64,000 nucleotides of DNA from Octopus vulgaris. Lineage: Eukaryota. The notes beneath the pieces were generated by a model. The model searched no databases, had not been told where the DNA came from, and worked only from the letters and a program-made list of their open reading frames with translations. Every line of letters begins with the position of its first letter. Within the stretch, counting starts at the first letter, position 1. The DNA is taken from positions 145,080,001 through 145,144,000 of the forward strand of contig OX597814.1 in the NCBI GenBank assembly GCA_951406725.2. The letters are read 5' to 3'. This document shows positions 28,833 through 42,161 of the stretch, piece by piece. A program made the translations under genes and the position numbers.

Positions 28833-29162
28833 TCATCGTGGAGTTTGCATATTAAGATGCGTTTTGAATTTTTCAATAAAAAGATTCTCCTTGTTAATTC
28901 TTTCTTGTGTGGTGATTCCGTCTTTACATTAGTAGAAGAGGAATATATAAAATTTGGGATTTTTGTCTTTAGCGCACGAGCCTATGTGGCTAGTTAGTGG
29001 AATTTGACGGTATTCTGGGAGATTTATTTGTTCTTTATGGACCGCTACTCTTTTACGTAAAGGGAGGCTCGTTTGTCCAACATAATTATGTTGGCAACCG
29101 GCGCATGTGAGAACGTAGTTAAGGTTGGTGTCTTGATTTTAAACTTTGTTCCTTGTTTGAAG
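28833..29162 (-). pseudogene. GIY-YIG endonuclease remnant (not in the ORF track)
   Basis: Hand translation: NLNYVLTCAGCQHNYVGQTSLPLRKRVAVHKEQINLPEYRQIPLTSHIGSCAKDKNPKFYIFLFY*CKDGITTQERINKENLFIEKFKTHLN. It aligns by eye with ORF 43054-43545. Confidence 0.9.
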
Positions 29163-29459
29163 ATTTTTAATTTTTGTATATGTTTATTATATTTTTGCAA
29201 AAAACAATGTAATTTTCTTTTTCCCCCTCCTCAATTATAAAAAAAATTTCTTTTCACCTTACAATTCTTGAATATTTCCTTGCATATTATTTCTCCACGT
29301 GCGGTCAACACAACCCCACCATTTATTGATTTATATATATACATATATATTATTTATATATATATATTATTTAATATATATATATATATGTGTGTGTGTG
29401 CATATATACATACATATATGTACATACTTACATATATATTTTTATACATATGCATATAT

Positions 29460-30208
29460 GTGTACAGTACGTCATAAAACGTAAACAACATGAAATACGA
29501 AATACGAAAACATGGAATACGAACTTCTTTTGCGAACAACGACACAAAGAAATAGAAAACAAAACAAGTAATATAAAGAACGACCCTTCATCAGTTGTCG
29601 GCTGTTTTATCTACTCTATAGTTATCCAGTTGTCGGCTGTTTATAGTTATCCAGTTGTCGGCTGTTTTATCTACTCTATAGTTATCCAGTTCCTGTGAGT
29701 AAGGGAAGACAACTCCGTGGGTTTTATATAGTTCGAGCAATTACGACAAGATGTTTCGAGCAATTACGACAGGATGTGCCTTCGAGAAAACAGTTGCTCC
29801 CGCAAAGCAAAATAAAATTTGGGATTTGCGGAGGGTCAAAGCTGGTAACAAAAAGAGGACAGTGAAAACAAACAAACGGTAAGGTCTGCTAAGCCATAAC
29901 GAGGCGAGGTGGGGAACGCTGGAGGAACAAGCTTCGACAGGAGAAAATTTAGGAGAGGAGACAGACAAGAATGCATCTGATCTGTGTGACAAATCAAAAG
30001 GAAAGAAAGAAGCTCAAGTTTGGAAAAGAAATGATGGCCAATGGTCACGTGTGAGCAACGAGAGAGTAAAGGATAAAGAGTGAGAAAGAGAGAGGGACAG
30101 ATAGAGAACGATGACGGGGAGAGAAAAAGAGAACATTGCAAAATAGAGTCGCATCGAAATTATTAATTGGAAATGAATGCGTGGCGTTCAATCATATAAT
30201 AATATAAA

Positions 30209-30262
<54 letters not shown>

Positions 30263-30345
30263 ATATGGGTACAGGACGTCATAAAACATAAACAACATGA
30301 AATACGAAAACATGGAATAAGAACTTTCTTTGCGAGGAGAGCGAG
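29460..30345. mobile_element. Unclassified ~750-bp repeat unit in partial tandem arrangement separated by (TA)n
   Basis: Unit start 29460-29535 recurs at 30268-30335. Unit end 30170-30210 also occurs at 27948-27997. Confidence 0.6.
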
Positions 30346-30519
30346 TGAGAGATGACATATCACCCAATTTATATATATATATTATATATATATATATATA
30401 TATGTATACATATATATCTGTATATCTGTATAAATATATATACATATATGTATATATACATATATGTATATATATATGTATTATATATACATATATGTAT
30501 ATATATGTATATAATATAC

Positions 30520-30554
<35 letters not shown>

Positions 30555-30763
30555 AATATACGTATGTATTATATATATATATATATATATATGCATATAA
30601 ACATACGTATGTATCATATATATATATGTATTATATATATATGCATATATGTATATATACACACACATATATATACGTATATATATATGTATACATAAAT
30701 GTATATATATATATGAGTATTTACATATGTATAGGTATATGTATGTATAAATAGATATGTGTG

Positions 30764-30814
<51 letters not shown>

Positions 30815-31371
30815 GAACAAGACTATTTTCATTCCACCTTTTGTCAGTTGGTAATAAAACAACAAAAGAACATTGTGTTACGCTGATGTTCTGCTATAAG
30901 TATTTGAAAGATAAATGTGTAGGAAAACATTTTTCTATGCCTCAATATTTGATCAGTCTGAGTAAATCTGATCATGTTTGGCAATGATTCTCAAACGGTA
31001 AACGGGAAATGTTTTACAACTTCGACAAAACGTGGCTAAAAACTGATTAATCGTCTCTGTTGAATAGCTCTCAGCCTTTTCTTCAAACGTTGTCCTCCCA
31101 GACTTTAAAAGACATACATTAATCTTAATCGTTCTCTCGTATTTTCTGATTGTTATTTTTTTTGACTCGGTCCCAGCACTCGTCTGGCTGTATTCGTCCG
31201 ATGGTCTGTTTGTCTCTCTCGCGGGCCCCTACGTCTCTCTGTTTACTTCTGTATCTATATGTATAAACAAATACATAAAACATACATATACACATACGCA
31301 AACACCTATACGCACATATATATATAGACAACATTTAACTGCAACAGGGTATGTATATGTATGTGTGTACG

Positions 31372-31412
<41 letters not shown>

Positions 31413-31430
31413 CTCCTATCTTGATCTATC

Positions 31431-31480
<50 letters not shown>

Positions 31481-31626
31481 TATATATGTATGCATGTGCA
31501 CGCCTGTATACGAACATATATGTGTATGTCTGTGTGTGTGTCTGTACACATGCATAAACTCGAACAAACCCCCCAAAAGTGCACACACACACATATATGT
31601 TGTAATATTTTTGTGTATGTATGTGC

Positions 31627-31658
<32 letters not shown>

Positions 31659-32469
31659 TGGGGAGGGAGAGAGAGGGGGAATCTCTAACAGAGAAGACAA
31701 TAATACAGAGTACAGATAATGATAACAGTAAAAGCAGATACTAGCGAAGATCAAACTGTTATTGGAAGAATTGTAAATGTTTAAACTTTTTAAAGTGTTG
31801 CCTGTATCAACATAATCGCCAATGATTGAAAATTGTCCTTCCGCCAGTAATTGGACGGATCCGATTAGATTTTTTTTTTATTGTTGCTTCACTTCAACCC
31901 GCTCTTGATGTTTAATAAATAGTGTGACGCTTGCAAAATGCTGAAGGAAGAACGACAATTAGAACTTCTGACAATTTATAGTTTTCTAATTCCTCATCAA
32001 TGTTGGTATTACAAAAATACTGAATCTTTTTCTACTACAACAGAAAAATAAATCAATATTTTCGTATTTCTTCTCCTCTTTCTCCACGAATGCCAGCAGT
32101 TGTTTCGAAGTCAAAAAATAACTTTGATCATACGAAGTAAACAAAGTGATAGATCAAATTATAATATAGATCGAATCATTTAATCATGTTTCGTTTTTAT
32201 TGAATCGAAACAAGTAAGATCTCACAACATTTATCGCTGTCTTTTAGCGTGTTACGTGGTAGAAACACTGGTTGAATTGTCGCTCGGTAGGGTAGTAGTT
32301 GCAACTAATTGCCGTGAGCCCAGTGATCTGAATAATTTGTACGAGACTTCAGATGTTCTCTAGCCATCGCTTTGTCTTTAACATAAACGTCGTAGATTGG
32401 CTATTTATTGTGAACAAAACTGCCCAACAAGCTTCTATGTAAATAAGAAATCTGCATTATAGTACTTAC

Positions 32470-32555
32470 TTTTCAGGTGTCGGCCAAGAGTCTCGTTCAC
32501 GTCTCAGGCTATATGATGTAATAGTAGAGGTACTACGTGCTCTGTGGTATTTATA
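32470..32555 (-). promoter_or_regulatory. Candidate TATA-box promoter and short non-coding first exon
   Basis: Minus strand TATAAATA at 32555-32548, Inr-like CTACTATT about 30 nt downstream, and a consensus donor AA|GTAAGT at 32470/32469. Upstream GA/GT repeats; the neighbourhood is transposon-poor. Confidence 0.45.
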
Positions 32556-34245
32556 CACGCACGCCCTGTCTCTCTCTGCTTCTGTCTGTCTGTCGTTCCC
32601 TCTCGTTCCCTGCCCCTCCCCCCTCTCTCTCTCTCCCACAAACACACCACACACACACACACACATACACACACATAAGAAGAAAGAAACACAGACAAGT
32701 TAAATCTGCAGGACCAGAAAAATCTCAAGCACGGATATTCTTCTTCTCTCATCAGCTCTCATCAGAGTTGTTCACTCTAGAGAGTGTCCGATAGCTTTAT
32801 AACAGATGCTATCCGAGAAAAATGTCTACTCCAGACCGGTAGGACGATGAGATTGTGTGACATCATATATGTTAAAACATATGAATATTTTGCAACAAAT
32901 ATGTAAGTCGATGGAACTAGCAACCCGTTTATTTCTATGGCTAAAACAGGAAACTCTCTACGTAAACATGTATAGCGCAAAATGAATTGGCAGGTAATAG
33001 ATCCTAGTTCGAAAAAGAAAGAGGCATCATTAGGTTGTATATTAGCATTAAGAGGAATCAGAAATAGTAGGAAAGGTTAAAATCAGTCAGTGAGGGAAAA
33101 GGTGAGAAAAAGGAGGACGAAATAGAAGTAGAAAAACGAAAAGATAGATAGATAGGGAGGGAGAGAGAGAGAGAGAGAGAGAGAAGGGGAGGGAGAGCGA
33201 GAAAGAAGATAAACGGAAGTTTTGGAGAATATGTCTGCTGGCAAATATAAAACATAAACGTGGGCAAGCTATTAGGTTGGTATTACGATCTAATAGAAGA
33301 AAAATTAAGAATTGACAAAGGGTAAAATGATAAGGACAACCAAAAACACAAATATGAATACTTTTCGTTCCTCATCAACTGTTGTTCGAATCTCAAAGAA
33401 ATTTCGGCACGTTGTCAATGAAGACGAGGTAATTTCATTTGTTGATTCCCACGTTGTACCTGGCTTCATCCTAAGACCGACAATCTCCGAATTTCTTGTT
33501 CTTGCTTTTGTACTTCGGGGATTTTCTATGCACAAGCTTTTAGAATAATTTTACTGTCACATATACAGCACCCAGACTGACTGCCTTGGATGCCGAGTTT
33601 TAAGGTCTTTCTTGTCTATAAGAAAACAGTTCTGGTATACTCTTGTGCTTTTGCAGCATCATGAGAATTTGTATGTCCCCATCCGATCACATGTCACAAA
33701 CATCTGAAGTACATCTCTACTAAAAATCTACCCATATAATGTCACGAGGGTGACTGGTAACCGGGAGTCAACATCTGACAGCGACTCTTGTGTGTCCTCT
33801 TCTCAAAATACTGAGAAACTAGCAAACTGAGGTTCAATTTTGTTTTATACAAACAGTTTGTATATATTTGTGACTGTGCTTCATCGTATTTTTTTGTAAC
33901 ATTTTCCCCGTTGTATTTATATTGTATAAATATAAATTCATTCAAATTATATATTATATAACGTCTTCCATCCCCACTGATCTTTGTATAATTTCTTCAT
34001 TCCCTCCCTATACGTATTTGTAAGCTTCCTGTTTAAAGTGCCTTTGTATTTTCTCTATATCATTTAATCTATTGTTGTTATTCTTGGTTTTGTCGTTTTC
34101 ACATTTCTCATTGCTAAATCCGAATACCGAATCGAAAAAAAAATTTAGTTGAGTAAGTTATAAAACGACAATTTGTATCAAACTATAAATGCAAACGACA
34201 CGTCGGTAGTAATGGCTGTGAAGTTGAATTGTATATATATATATA

Positions 34246-34286
<41 letters not shown>

Positions 34287-34839
34287 GAGTTGGTAGGAAG
34301 GGAATATTCAAACAATAAACAGACGATGCAAAAAAGAAAACCCAGAAACACCAATAACAGCAAAATACAGTAAAACCGACGCATTAAAAGGAAAAGTAAA
34401 ACGTCACTCACAGCTGCAAGAAGAAAATCATCATGATCATGATCATCATCATCGTCATCAACAACAACACAATTATAGGTTAAATCTGATATGTGACCTG
34501 AGGTCTCGAAAAGGAAATAAATAAATAAATGAAAATAAACCAATTTTTTTTCTTCTCGTCTCCATTTTAACATCTGATGTAATTTTCGATTTGTTTTAAC
34601 TCACACGGCTTTTTTGGTTTTATTTTTCTGTTGTGATTTTTAAGTTTAGCTTTGTGTTTCTAAACTTTAAATAATGGTTTGTTCTCGTATTCCTGTTGGC
34701 TTGTTATACATTTACCAAAGTGTTGACCCTCAGGCTTTAACTCAATCTGAAGTGGGTTTTTTTTTATTAAATATAAATTCTTTCATTGTCTTGTTATTGT
34801 TTTGTTTTTGTTCTTCCAACTTGAAAACAAATACGTATA

Positions 34840-35185
34840 ACTATTGTTGTTGTTTTGTTGTTGTCGTCTATAGTGTTACCATTATTGTTAGACGTCATTG
34901 TCATCGTCGTGATCATCTTCATCATCATCATCATGATCGTCTTCCTCATGAATATCATCGTCAGCCATATCCTCCTTATCCTCATCCTCATCCTCTTCAT
35001 CTCTTTCAACATCATCAGCTCCAGCTGCAGTTGCATCACCACCACCTACCTGCACCCCACACCACCTCACCATCACAGCTACAATTACCACCACCACAGC
35101 TACAATTACCACCACCACCACCACCACCACCACCACCACCAATACCACCACTACAACTACCATTACCATCATCATCTTCATCACC
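34840..35185. repeat. Compound trinucleotide repeat (GTT, CAT, CCT, CAC)
   Basis: Direct reading; explains the poly-His, poly-Pro and poly-Gly ORFs. Confidence 0.9.
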
Positions 35186-35567
35186 ATTCGGAGAAGTGAG
35201 AGAAATAGTATTCATTTCAGTATCTTTAAGCTCTGGGTTCAAACCCTACCAAGATTGACATTACACAGACTAGTAATCAAGGGAACTGAATCAGACGAAT
35301 GAATGAATGAATGAATGAATGAATGAATGAGGGGATGGTTGAAAGTGTCACAAACCTTTCAGATGCGGCCGATCTCTGTGAAACATCATCATCAGTTAAC
35401 AAATTGAATAACGGTGTGTAGAGAACATATTAATTACTAACATTAGGTTCAATGTTCATCGTCACAATCCTTTTCAGGAGAGATCTGTTTGAATAAATTT
35501 GTTTTATAACAGTAACAACAACAATAACCAAAACCATAATCACAGCAATATTCACAAGCGCAAAAAA

Positions 35568-37000
35568 GGCGGCGAGCTGGCAGAACCGTTAGAACACCTG
35601 GCGAAATGCTTAACGATATTTCGTCTGTTTTTACGTTCTGAGTTCAAATTCCGCCGAGGTCTACTTTAGCTTTCATCATTTCGGATTCGATAAATGAAGT
35701 ATCTAATCGACTGGCCCCCTCCCCCAGAATTTCGGGCCTTGTGCCTAGAGTAGAAAAGAATATTTACAAGCACAATAGTCACAACAGAAGCAAACACAAC
35801 CACACTAACGAAAGTCACAACCACACCAGCAATTACCATAATTACAACAACTGCTGTGGCCCAGTGGTTAGGGCAGCGCACTCGCGGTCGTAAATACGTG
35901 GTTTTGATTCCCAGACCGGGCATTGTGGGTGTTTATTGAGCAAAAACACCTAAACTCCACGAAGCTCCAGCGAGGGGTAGTGGTGAACCCCGCTGTACTC
36001 TTTCACTACAACTTTCTCTCACTCTTTCTTCCTACTTCTGCCACAAAGCAGAGGAACCATGGTGGTAAACTTTCAGATCCTAGTCTAGATTGCGAATCCT
36101 CTGTACCCCAGGATGGTTCAGCTCTCCACCCGTTAAAAGCTACCGTTTACGGAATGAGGATAACAACGTAGCCTTCGCGACAATGCAACCGCCAGTCTAT
36201 CGCGTGTGGTGGGGGGATCTTCAAGTATCCACACGCATTCTTAGTAGCTTAGAGAAGGCTCGAATTAGAGATTATTCTTTGTGGCTAATGGCGTGAGTCC
36301 TGATTGGAAGAAGAAGAAGAAGAAGAAGAAGAAGAAGAAAATAACTGCATGAACCTCCGCCACAACAACAACAACAACAACAATCTCTGTTACAACGATA
36401 GCAACAGTAAGAAATGTCTATGCTCCGCTCACAAATTGTGGTTCGTGGGTTTCCTGATTCAACGTTAGAAAACATTACAATTAATTGATAGAATTATTTT
36501 CATGCTTAGTGTAGTTGACTGGAAAAATCGTTAGACCATTGGACAAATTGTCTTGCGGTATATGTTCTAGTTCTTTATGTTCTGAGTTTAAATCTAAATC
36601 TATCGTTACCTTTCAGTCTCTCAGGGTTAATGAAATAAAAGTTAAGTACTGAGGACGATGTAATGGACTACACCTTCCTCTCAAAATTACTAACCTTATA
36701 ACTATATCGGTTTGAAATTTTGGCACAAGGGCAGCAGTTTCAGGGGAGGTGTAAGTCAATTACAACGATCCCCAGTGTCCATCTGGTACTTATTTTATCG
36801 ATCACGAAAATCAAAGGCGACCTGAGTGGAATTTGAAATAAGAACGTAAGACTGATGAAATACCGCTAAGCACTTTGCTCGGCTTGGCAACAACTCTGCC
36901 AGCTCACCGCGTTAACCTTCGCACTGGGGTCGATGTAATCGATTTACCCTCTCCCCCGAACTTGCTGGCCTTGTGCCAAAATTTGAAACCAATATCAGAA
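35568..37000. mobile_element. SINE cluster: B (+, 35568-35765), tRNA-head SINE (+, 35855-36035), possible LINE 3' end with (GAA)n tail (36040-36340), B copies (+ 36500-36700, - 36710-36910, + 36920-36995)
   Basis: Similarity to other copies in the window; boundaries are approximate. Confidence 0.7.
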
Positions 37001-38719
37001 ACAATAGTTATTATGATTAGTTTTTAGAGTAGCACAATAGGTAGAATGAGAGACTAAACACAGAGCAATGTTTACTTAGACTCCTTTACAGTCTAAGTTC
37101 AAAACCTACTGGAATCAATGTTAATATGCTGTTCTCTGGAAATTGTGATTTCGGAGAAATAAAACTAAAAAAAAAAAGGAAAAAAAAAACTAATGCAGGG
37201 GGATTTGAACACAGAACGGTGTTGTCTAAATTTACTACTTTCAGCTTGTTTCGACTGGTGCCCTTTTGTTTCTTAAGGTTCTCGCATTGTGTGAAGGATA
37301 AAATGAAAATAAATGTTGTATTTTATGCCTATGGAAGGAATCAATGGGGCTTGAAAATATGTCTGTTGCTGTTTTTACAACAACAACAACATCATCGACA
37401 TCATCATCATTCTTATCATCATCGTCAACAACAACTGACACTACTATTATGGTGCTTACTTTTTATATGCATCTTATACAATGTCCTTCACGTAATTTTG
37501 GCGATATCACTGATTCAAATATATATACATACACACATACATGTGTGTGTGTATGTACGTATGTATATATGCATTTATGCATGTATGCATCTGAGCATGT
37601 ATATATATATACACATACAAGTATGTACTTTTATGCTTATACATGTATCTGCACATACGTCTCTCCCTATATACATATATGAATACCTTCATTCCTCTCA
37701 CTCTCTCGTTATATATATATATATAGTGATGCATATACATTACTTGGCCACTAATGCATCACTTCCTTATTCGTGGTGTTGGCAAAGGTTTTAAAGAAAT
37801 GCTAGAAATTCCCGGGAATCGAAATCTTGACACTTCGTGACATTAAATATAACTACTATTATATATTTCTAGCTTTTTTTTCCTGAACTCAACTGACATT
37901 TGAGCAAATGCTATAGAAATATCTATTCCTCTGTATTCTTGTAGATGAAAGACATTGAATAAAATAAATGAATGATAAAAAAGAGACACAAAAAAAAATT
38001 GCCGAGATAAACATCCAGTTTTATGAAAGGGGAAAACTAAAAGCATGAGTGTTTTAAGTACATGAAATGTTGATATATCATCTAAATGTGAAACAAGGTA
38101 AAAAAAAACACATATATACAAATACGATAAAGCATTCAACATTATTGTGGCTTAAAAATATATATATAAATATATATCAATAAAAACCATGATTCTATAA
38201 AACAAAGTAAAACTCATTGGAAATATTTCAGTGTCATGCTGAAATATCATTATTAGCACTTTAAGAAGGTTAACACTGCACAGAAGTTGTAAACTGCTTA
38301 AGATTTTTGTGAAAGCAACCGAGTTTCGATTCACTCAGGTGGTACATGCATGTGCCTTTATTTCGTTTATGCTTTCTTGCAAACCGGTTGTTTTGTGTCA
38401 TCTTAGGAAATACGCATTAAATTTCTTTACTTTAATGTATCCGAGGTCAAATTCAACGTCATTTACATTTCGCATTTCATATCATAGAATATAATGTTGT
38501 AATATAGATATGGAGTTAATATACTTTATGCTTATTTCTTATTGTTCAGTGAAAATGAAATATAGATAAAATAGTTATATTTGAAATATTCATAACCTGC
38601 GGAGATGATAACGATAGAAGTGAATTAGAGATTTTGCATTTTCAATTCACAATGGTAGTTCTACAAGTGTGCACATTTTTAAAAGGCGTGTTGAATTAAT
38701 CCATTACCAGTGATATTAG

Positions 38720-39022
38720 CTTCGAATTTTGACACAAGGTCAGCAATTTCGAGAGATGGGGTAAGTTGGTTACATCAACCCTAGTGTTCAAATAGTACTT
38801 ATTTTATTGATTCCGAAAGGACAAGAGGCAAAGTTGACCTCGGCGGAAGACGAATTCAGAACGTAAAGACGGAAGAAATGTCTATAAGCATTTTGTCCGG
38901 CGTGCCAAATATTCTGCCACTTTGCCGGCATTGCTAGTTTAGATTTTGTTTCTTTTCTTTTCTATCATAGGCACAAAGCCTGAAATTTGCGGGGAGGGAA
39001 CTAATCGATTAGATCTACCCCA
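38720..39022 (-). mobile_element. SINE family B copy plus extra 3' fragment
   Basis: ccgaaagg..aggcaaagttgacctcggcggaa..ttcagaacgtaaagacgg. Confidence 0.75.
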
Positions 39023-39789
39023 GAGTAAATTTTCTTTAATAGCTCAAGGATGTACTGATATTTAGACAGTTCGGAGTTCTCTCATTTGATTTCCTTCTTA
39101 TTAACGGCAATGAGTGTATCTCATTTACGATGTAATTTCAGTCGGTTTAAAAATTTCTTTTTGGTTCAAAACATTAATTGTTTTATGTGCCGATGTACCT
39201 ATATATTTTTTATGCTTACGCATCAATAGAAAATTTTCCAGTGCCAGTTTTTCACATTGCCGACCGCTCAAATAATTTTTCATACAAAACACGTACGTCG
39301 TTTCTGTAGCTTTATTATCTGGTGAGTAAGTGTTAGACTATTCTTTGCTAAGAAGGATTAACAAGAAAGGAACATGGGGCGAAATTTTACATACTACCCA
39401 TGATAAGAGGTTCTCAACACTGCACATTTCCATGTAATTTTTAATCAATTTAAATTTAGTCATTCTTTCCTTTGTCCTCTATGAAAACAAATATCATTTA
39501 CGCAAATATCATTTGTACATATCACATATGTAATAACCTTCACAACACTCAATACTGCTAGCCAACGGCATCTGTAGTTCACACTGCAAACTTGATTGTT
39601 GTAGTTTAATTTCAGTTTAACCCTGATCAGCCATGCTCAGTCCATTTTGTTATTTACACGGTGTATATCTAGAACTACATACGTCAATGTACCCCTCTTC
39701 TAGGGAGAGTTGACTGCTACTTTTAGCTGGTAATTAGAGCATGAACATGGTCTTCCTTTCTCTCATGCGGGCAGTTTTATATACATTTA

Positions 39790-40024
39790 TCTTTTACTTG
39801 TTTCAGTCACTGAACTGCGGTCATACTAAAACTCTGCCTTGAAAAGCTTAGTCGAGGAAATAGACACTTTGTACTCATTTTAAAGTTTGATACTTATTCT
39901 ATCGATACTCTTTACCGACCCACTTGGTTGCGGGATGCAAACAAATCCGTTGTCAAGCAGTGGGAGGACAGAAACACATAAGCACATGCATGCATATATA
40001 TATGTATATATATATATATGTATA

Positions 40025-40075
<51 letters not shown>

Positions 40076-40079
40076 GGAG

Positions 40080-40117
<38 letters not shown>

Positions 40118-40232
40118 ATAGCTTCCGTCTACTAAATTCACTCAAAAGACATTGGTCAGCCCGAGGCTAAAATTGCCCAAAATTGCAATGGGAATGAACC
40201 ATAAACCACAAAAAAATAAAAATGCCTGCGTC
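39790..40232 (-). mobile_element. SINE family A, near full length with internal microsatellite
   Basis: cttttacttgtttcagtca at the 3' end through cttccgtctactaaattcactca in the 5' half. Confidence 0.75.
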
Positions 40233-41160
40233 TACCTCAGGGGAATAACTCTATTTGATAAACAAACGATATAGCCTTTGAGATGTCATTCAACGTGCTA
40301 GAAATAATAGGAAATCCCACTCACAAATAAACAGAACACAATCATTATCAGTGGTTCAGTGCATCAGGATCTACTCTCTCAAGAACAAGACTTGATGGTC
40401 ACAGCTTAACTTCATTTGATCATGTTTACACCATCACAGCTGACCTGGAGATAAGTAATAAAAACTACAATTCTATTGTCTTAACTGTTAAACAAATTCA
40501 GTGTTACCAGATATTAATTGGAGTGGAAACGTCAGATACTTTAGAGAGTTAATCCCACTTACTTTTCATTTCATATTCCTGCAAATGTTTTACAAATGCA
40601 GTCATTTAAAATAAAGAGTGAAACACAAAAAAGAACTACATAAAAAAATCATTCATCAATACATTTCGAAAGACATTATATTTACAAATAAATATGATAA
40701 ATTACTATCGAAACACAGGAAGAACAGTTTATATTCCTATATCGTTAATATAACAATGAAATATTTTTTGCAGAATAGTGAAACAAAACCCAGACACGTC
40801 AGTATGAATTTCGTTTATATAATGCCTTACTGGAAATAATACCACAACAATGCAACATTGATTAGGATAATATTATATGAATAAATTGAATATATGAAGT
40901 GTGAAGTGGTACAAGAGAATATGTATGTGATGTGCAACGGGCTGTGGTCGCACATGTATGTATCGAATATAGAAGAGTATCTTTATGAATTAAAAGCATT
41001 CAGTATATATATATATGTGTGTGTGTGTGTGTGCATGCATTTATGTATACACATACATAGAGACAACCCTACCTATGACACATACACACACACACATATA
41101 TACATGTACATACATAGAGGTACATGTACATACATAGAGGTACATGTACATACATAGAGG

Positions 41161-41217
<57 letters not shown>

Positions 41218-41636
41218 TTAATGACATACACACACATATATGTACGCACACGTATACACATATAAACGTACATATGATGGCTTGTATCATATGGCACCGT
41301 GTAAACAAAATCGTATAGATAAACAATACTTATAGTAAGAGCGTATAATTGTAATAGTAGCAATAATACCTCAATAAGCTTGTTTTTCAGTAGTCAAAAC
41401 TATAAGTCCTTAAATCATTAGATTAAAAAATTATAGTAGCTAAATATGCTCGAAAAATATCTCTTAGATATGCAGAATCTTGCGGTACTCAACAAAAGGT
41501 AAGAGATTATGTCAAAGGGTAGGTACAAAAATAGATATCTGAATACTTCTTTCAGCTTCAAAATGGATAATGTAGAAGCAACACAAGAAAGGTGGTGATC
41601 TTTACCCAATTGTTACATTGTCGCAACTAGAAAACC

Positions 41637-41970
41637 CCGGTCTCGCGCCATTTCCGCTCTACTGGTCACTCTTTGCAACACCTTGCACAGGAGCCATTCT
41701 TGCACAGGGCCATCCGGACTCCCGTCTTCGCCGTGAACAGGGATTAATCTTCTCTCTTCACTTCTTTGCGCTACATGGGCTCACCTCTCCTCCCCTCTTC
41801 ATCTAACCCACCTCCCGTCTCCTCTCACACCTACTTCCTTCCACTCACCTCTTCTCTCTTGCTCTGACTCCCACTTCTTCTGTTCACTCCTACCCTCCTT
41901 CTCTCTTCTCTTCACTCCTACCCACCTTTTTCCTTCCCCCTATCCCTCCATCGTCGCCCCTCCATCGTTA
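41637..41970 (+). mobile_element. Penelope-like GIY-YIG C-terminal fragment (third subfamily) with CT-rich 3' tract
   Basis: PVSRHFRSTGHSLQHL, frameshift, then GHPDSRLRREQGLIFSLHFFALHGL. This fits the R..RE..LIF.L....P.GLN terminus. Confidence 0.7.
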
Positions 41971-42019
41971 GAACACAATTAATTTATGGCGGCCGGTAAT
42001 AAAGTCACGATTAATTTAT

Positions 42020-42161
42020 GGCATCCGGGCAAAACAAAAAACAAAAGACAACTTGGGCAAAACTTCCGCGGACAAAACTCCCCCCTACAAAACTCCTGCG
42101 ACTTTTTTTTCCTGTGACTTTATAACCATGACTCTTTTACTGTGACCTTTTGCCCGGACGC
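42020..42161. mobile_element. Small MITE-like element
   Basis: TIRs gcatccgggcaaaa / ttttgcccggacgc; internal caaaact and gtgac repeats. Confidence 0.55.

Larger units (their letters stand above)
28007..29330 (-). mobile_element. 5'-truncated Penelope-like element with inverted pseudo-LTR
   Basis: Contains a GIY-YIG remnant and a 3' hammerhead. 29163-29272 is an imperfect inverted copy of ~28134-28248. Both flanks are (TA)n. Confidence 0.85.

Noticed and set aside
34674-35258. His/Pro-rich 194-aa ORF and overlapping frames
   Set aside because: Produced by compound trinucleotide repeats that are open in several frames.
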